Shown in pieces: positions 61,301 through 64,000 of a DNA stretch of 64,000 nucleotides (its first letter is position 1; each line of letters begins with the position of its first letter). Origin of the DNA: Mustelus asterias (lineage: Eukaryota); assembly GCF_964213995.1 (NCBI RefSeq), contig NC_135822.1:65224001-65288000 (forward strand), read 5' to 3'. Both the position numbers and the translations under genes were made by a program. A model generated the notes under the pieces. That model had not been told where the DNA came from, ran no database searches, and saw nothing but the letters and a program-made list of their open reading frames with translations.

Positions 61301-62424
61301 TATTACAATAACAGTCATAACTTTCAAAATGGAATATGTTTGGACAGACCGGCATATTTAAAATAAAATGACATTGACTTTAGGATATTTAAACTATCCC
61401 ATGTCGTCGTCCTCCATTCTCTAGTGGGGGTGTAACAGTCTCCTTGCACTGCTGTTAATTGTATGCTGGGTTGTAGTTGGTTTCAGTATAGTTGTCCCAT
61501 TATAGCTTTTCTGCATTGGTGGAGTGTTACCTGCATACTTATGATGGCGTGTCCTGTGCTGGCTGTCAAAGGAATTGTTTACTCGCTTGGTTGCTCCCTC
61601 TTAACAATACGACATTCAAGTTTGTGCTGTACCAGGACTGCTGGCACAGAGACTTGTGACAATTACGTGATATACTGGATCATAGAGGGCTTGACCTGTT
61701 TTACTTACATTTGAGGAAGTTCCTCTGACTTTATGATTCAAGTTGCAGTGTTGTCTGTGTATCCTTATTTTGTCTGTTGTAAATCCACCATTGTCTTAAT
61801 GGAATTGATCAAGCAGTTCTTCAATGCCAACTTGTTGAAGTTGTTGTGGAGAATTTTTGTGACTGAGGTTGTTTGAAGCAAAGGGGTTCTGCATCAACGG
61901 ATTCAAGTTAGATTTATAAACAAAATGTGGCACATGAAGGAAATATGAAGTCAGATGACCAAATGCTTGGTCAAAGAATTCAGTTTAAGGCGCGTTTTAA
62001 AGGAAGAAAGCAAGGTGTAAAATGTCCATGTCAAAGCTAAATCTTGTTGTGAAATTTGGAGATTGAAATGTGTGAAGATAGGTCTGGCCTGACTGAAACA
62101 TATGTTGCGTTAAATCACGCTCTCCGTAATTTTCATACTTTGCCAATTTGTGGAACATGTCCAGCATCATGCATTCGATCCTTGGGTTGAGTATGCAGAG
62201 AATCTTTTGCTCACAAACACTGAATTGCTGGCCGGCTCCCCTCTTACTGGTGGTGACACCAATTTGAGGGATGAGTTCTTAATATTGCACCAGGAATGTA
62301 TTGCACCACATTCAGTCATATTGGCTAAAAAATAATCTTTACCCAACCGTGGATACTAAATAAACCCAATTACAACATTGCTTTGGAAGTCCCAATAAGT
62401 AAATGGGATGGAATAAATATCCCA

Positions 62425-62445
62425 GTCTCTCTCTCTCTCTTGCGC

Positions 62446-62485
<40 letters not shown>

Positions 62486-62498
62486 CCCCCCCCCCCCC
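62425..62498. repeat. (TC)n microsatellite followed by poly-C
   Basis: Direct reading. Confidence 0.95.
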
Positions 62499-62730
62499 GA
62501 CTGACAGTGGCATGTTATAAACATATTGTTGTGTCTGGTTGTTCCAGGATAACAATCTGGTACTTGTCCCACTCACCTGTTGAGTACATTTTTAACTGTC
62601 ATCCTTCTACCTTGTGCATTGGTAATACTTGGAAAAAGATTCATCTTCCCCAGATGAGAGTGTGCAGTACATTATGCGACACAGACTAGAATTGTCCCAA
62701 GTTCAGTCTGTGCTGAGTTTATTATCCTTA

Positions 62731-62894
62731 ATGATGTGGAGATGCCGGCGTTGGACTGGGGTGAACACAGTAAGAAGTCTCACAACACTAGGTTAAAGTC
62801 CAACAGGTTTATTTGGTAGCAAATACCAGTTACATTGGTATTTGCTACCAAATAAACCTGTTGGACTTTAACCTGGTGTTGTGAGACTTCTTAC
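62731..62894 (-). mobile_element. Penelope-like palindromic mini-element (family A), 164 bp
   Basis: Tail plus ~59-bp inverted arms that stop just short of the hammerhead motif; 13-bp TSD TTTATTATCCTTA at 62718-62730 and 62895-62907. Confidence 0.9.
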
Positions 62895-63512
62895 TTTATT
62901 ATCCTTAGCCAGGGTAGCAGTTAGGGTGCCGCAGTTGGCCTCAACTTCTCTGGTGTAGGGAGGTATCATATCTCTGATTGATCATGCCCCTAATTACTAC
63001 CAAGCACCTTGTGTGTGTGGGTTTGGTTCTGTTTTAGTTGCTGTGGGGAGGAGGTTCTTCCATGGACGTTGATTTGGGGGAACAAAAAGAACGCCTTCTT
63101 GCATTGGGATTCCAAAATCCACCCTATGATGTAAACTGGGCAGGTTCCATTGTACAAGAAGCCAAGGAAAAATAAAAACACCTGTATTTTAAATTGTGTG
63201 CGATATTAAGGATTAAAGTTGGGCAGGGCTCACAGCTGTTTCTACTCGGTCTTGCAGTAAGAATATAGTATCTCTCCCTGATGAGTGAATTAGAAAAAAT
63301 ATTAGCTTTTGGTCAAACTCATGATGATGCTTCACTGGGGGAAAATGTCCCAAACCAAAGGTAAATAAATAGCAATTTTGTGCTGAAGGTTTTTTCTCCG
63401 CCTTTTCCTCCCTCCCTTTTAAAATGCTTGTTCCTCCCTGGGGTGTGTTTCACAGGTGCGAGTGTTTTTCTGAGTGATAATTCTTCTCCTTAATTGTTCG
63501 GTGTCTTGTGAA

Positions 63513-64000
63513 CCTCAGAAATAGGGGCAGGAATCGGCCAGTGTGCCCATTAAGCCTGTTGTGCAATTCAATAAAATCAGTGACCTGATTGTGGTCTTAA
63601 CTCCACTCTCCTGCTCCTCCTCAGGCCTCCCTTGTTGACCAAAGATTTGTCTCGCTCAGCCTTGAATATATTCCACAAACCAGCCACCGCTGTTCCCCAG
63701 GGAAGGGAATTTCAAAGAAATTCCTCCTCGTCTCTCCCCTTAAATGTGCGACTCCTTTATTTTGAAAAAGTTCCAGCTTTCCCCACAAGGGGCATTGCCC
63801 ATTGAGCATTAACCCTGTCAAGCGCCCTCAGCATTTTATTTTTTAGTAAGATCACCTCTGCTGCTCCTTGACTCCAGTGAGTTCCAGCTCAATCTTTCCT
63901 CTTAAGACCACCCATTCATCCCAGGAATTGGTTTGCTGAACCTTCTTTGAAATGCTTCAGTACAAACCTACCCATAAGGAGGCAAAATCTGTACAAGGTA
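63513..64000 (-). mobile_element. Degenerate CR1 3' portion, runs off the window
   Basis: agaaataggggcagga tail; agccttgaatatatt, taagatcacctct, cccattcatcccagga motifs. Confidence 0.75.

Overview
Vertebrate genomic DNA, very probably from a shark or other elasmobranch (inferred from the repeat content: HE1/V-SINEs, Deu-domain SINEs, abundant CR1). Three protein-coding genes are readable. (1) EBF2/COE2-type transcription factor, coding exons 1-4 on the minus strand (5386 down to 876; the gene continues off the left edge). (2) A complete 120-aa TMEM230 on the plus strand (33922-35476, plus a probable non-coding first exon). (3) PPP2R2A-type PP2A B55 subunit, exons 1-2 on the plus strand (57073-57608) behind a CpG-rich promoter. 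The first ~12 kb around EBF2 is almost free of transposons; the rest is densely packed with often nested retroelements. Two mobile systems stand out. First, two dispersed ~310-bp copies of a SINE-like element headed by the U2 snRNA 5' end, with a second degenerate U2 head, an octamer and a conserved hairpin that masks the U2 branch-point-pairing sequence. Second, at least nine Penelope-like (GIY-YIG) insertions, including a 1.5-kb near-perfect palindrome; most have 12-13-bp target-site duplications (TSDs) and carry minimal hammerhead-ribozyme motifs with compensatory base changes between subfamilies. Exon and TSD coordinates were counted by hand; boundaries of old repeats are approximate; family names rest on recalled sequence similarity, not database searches.
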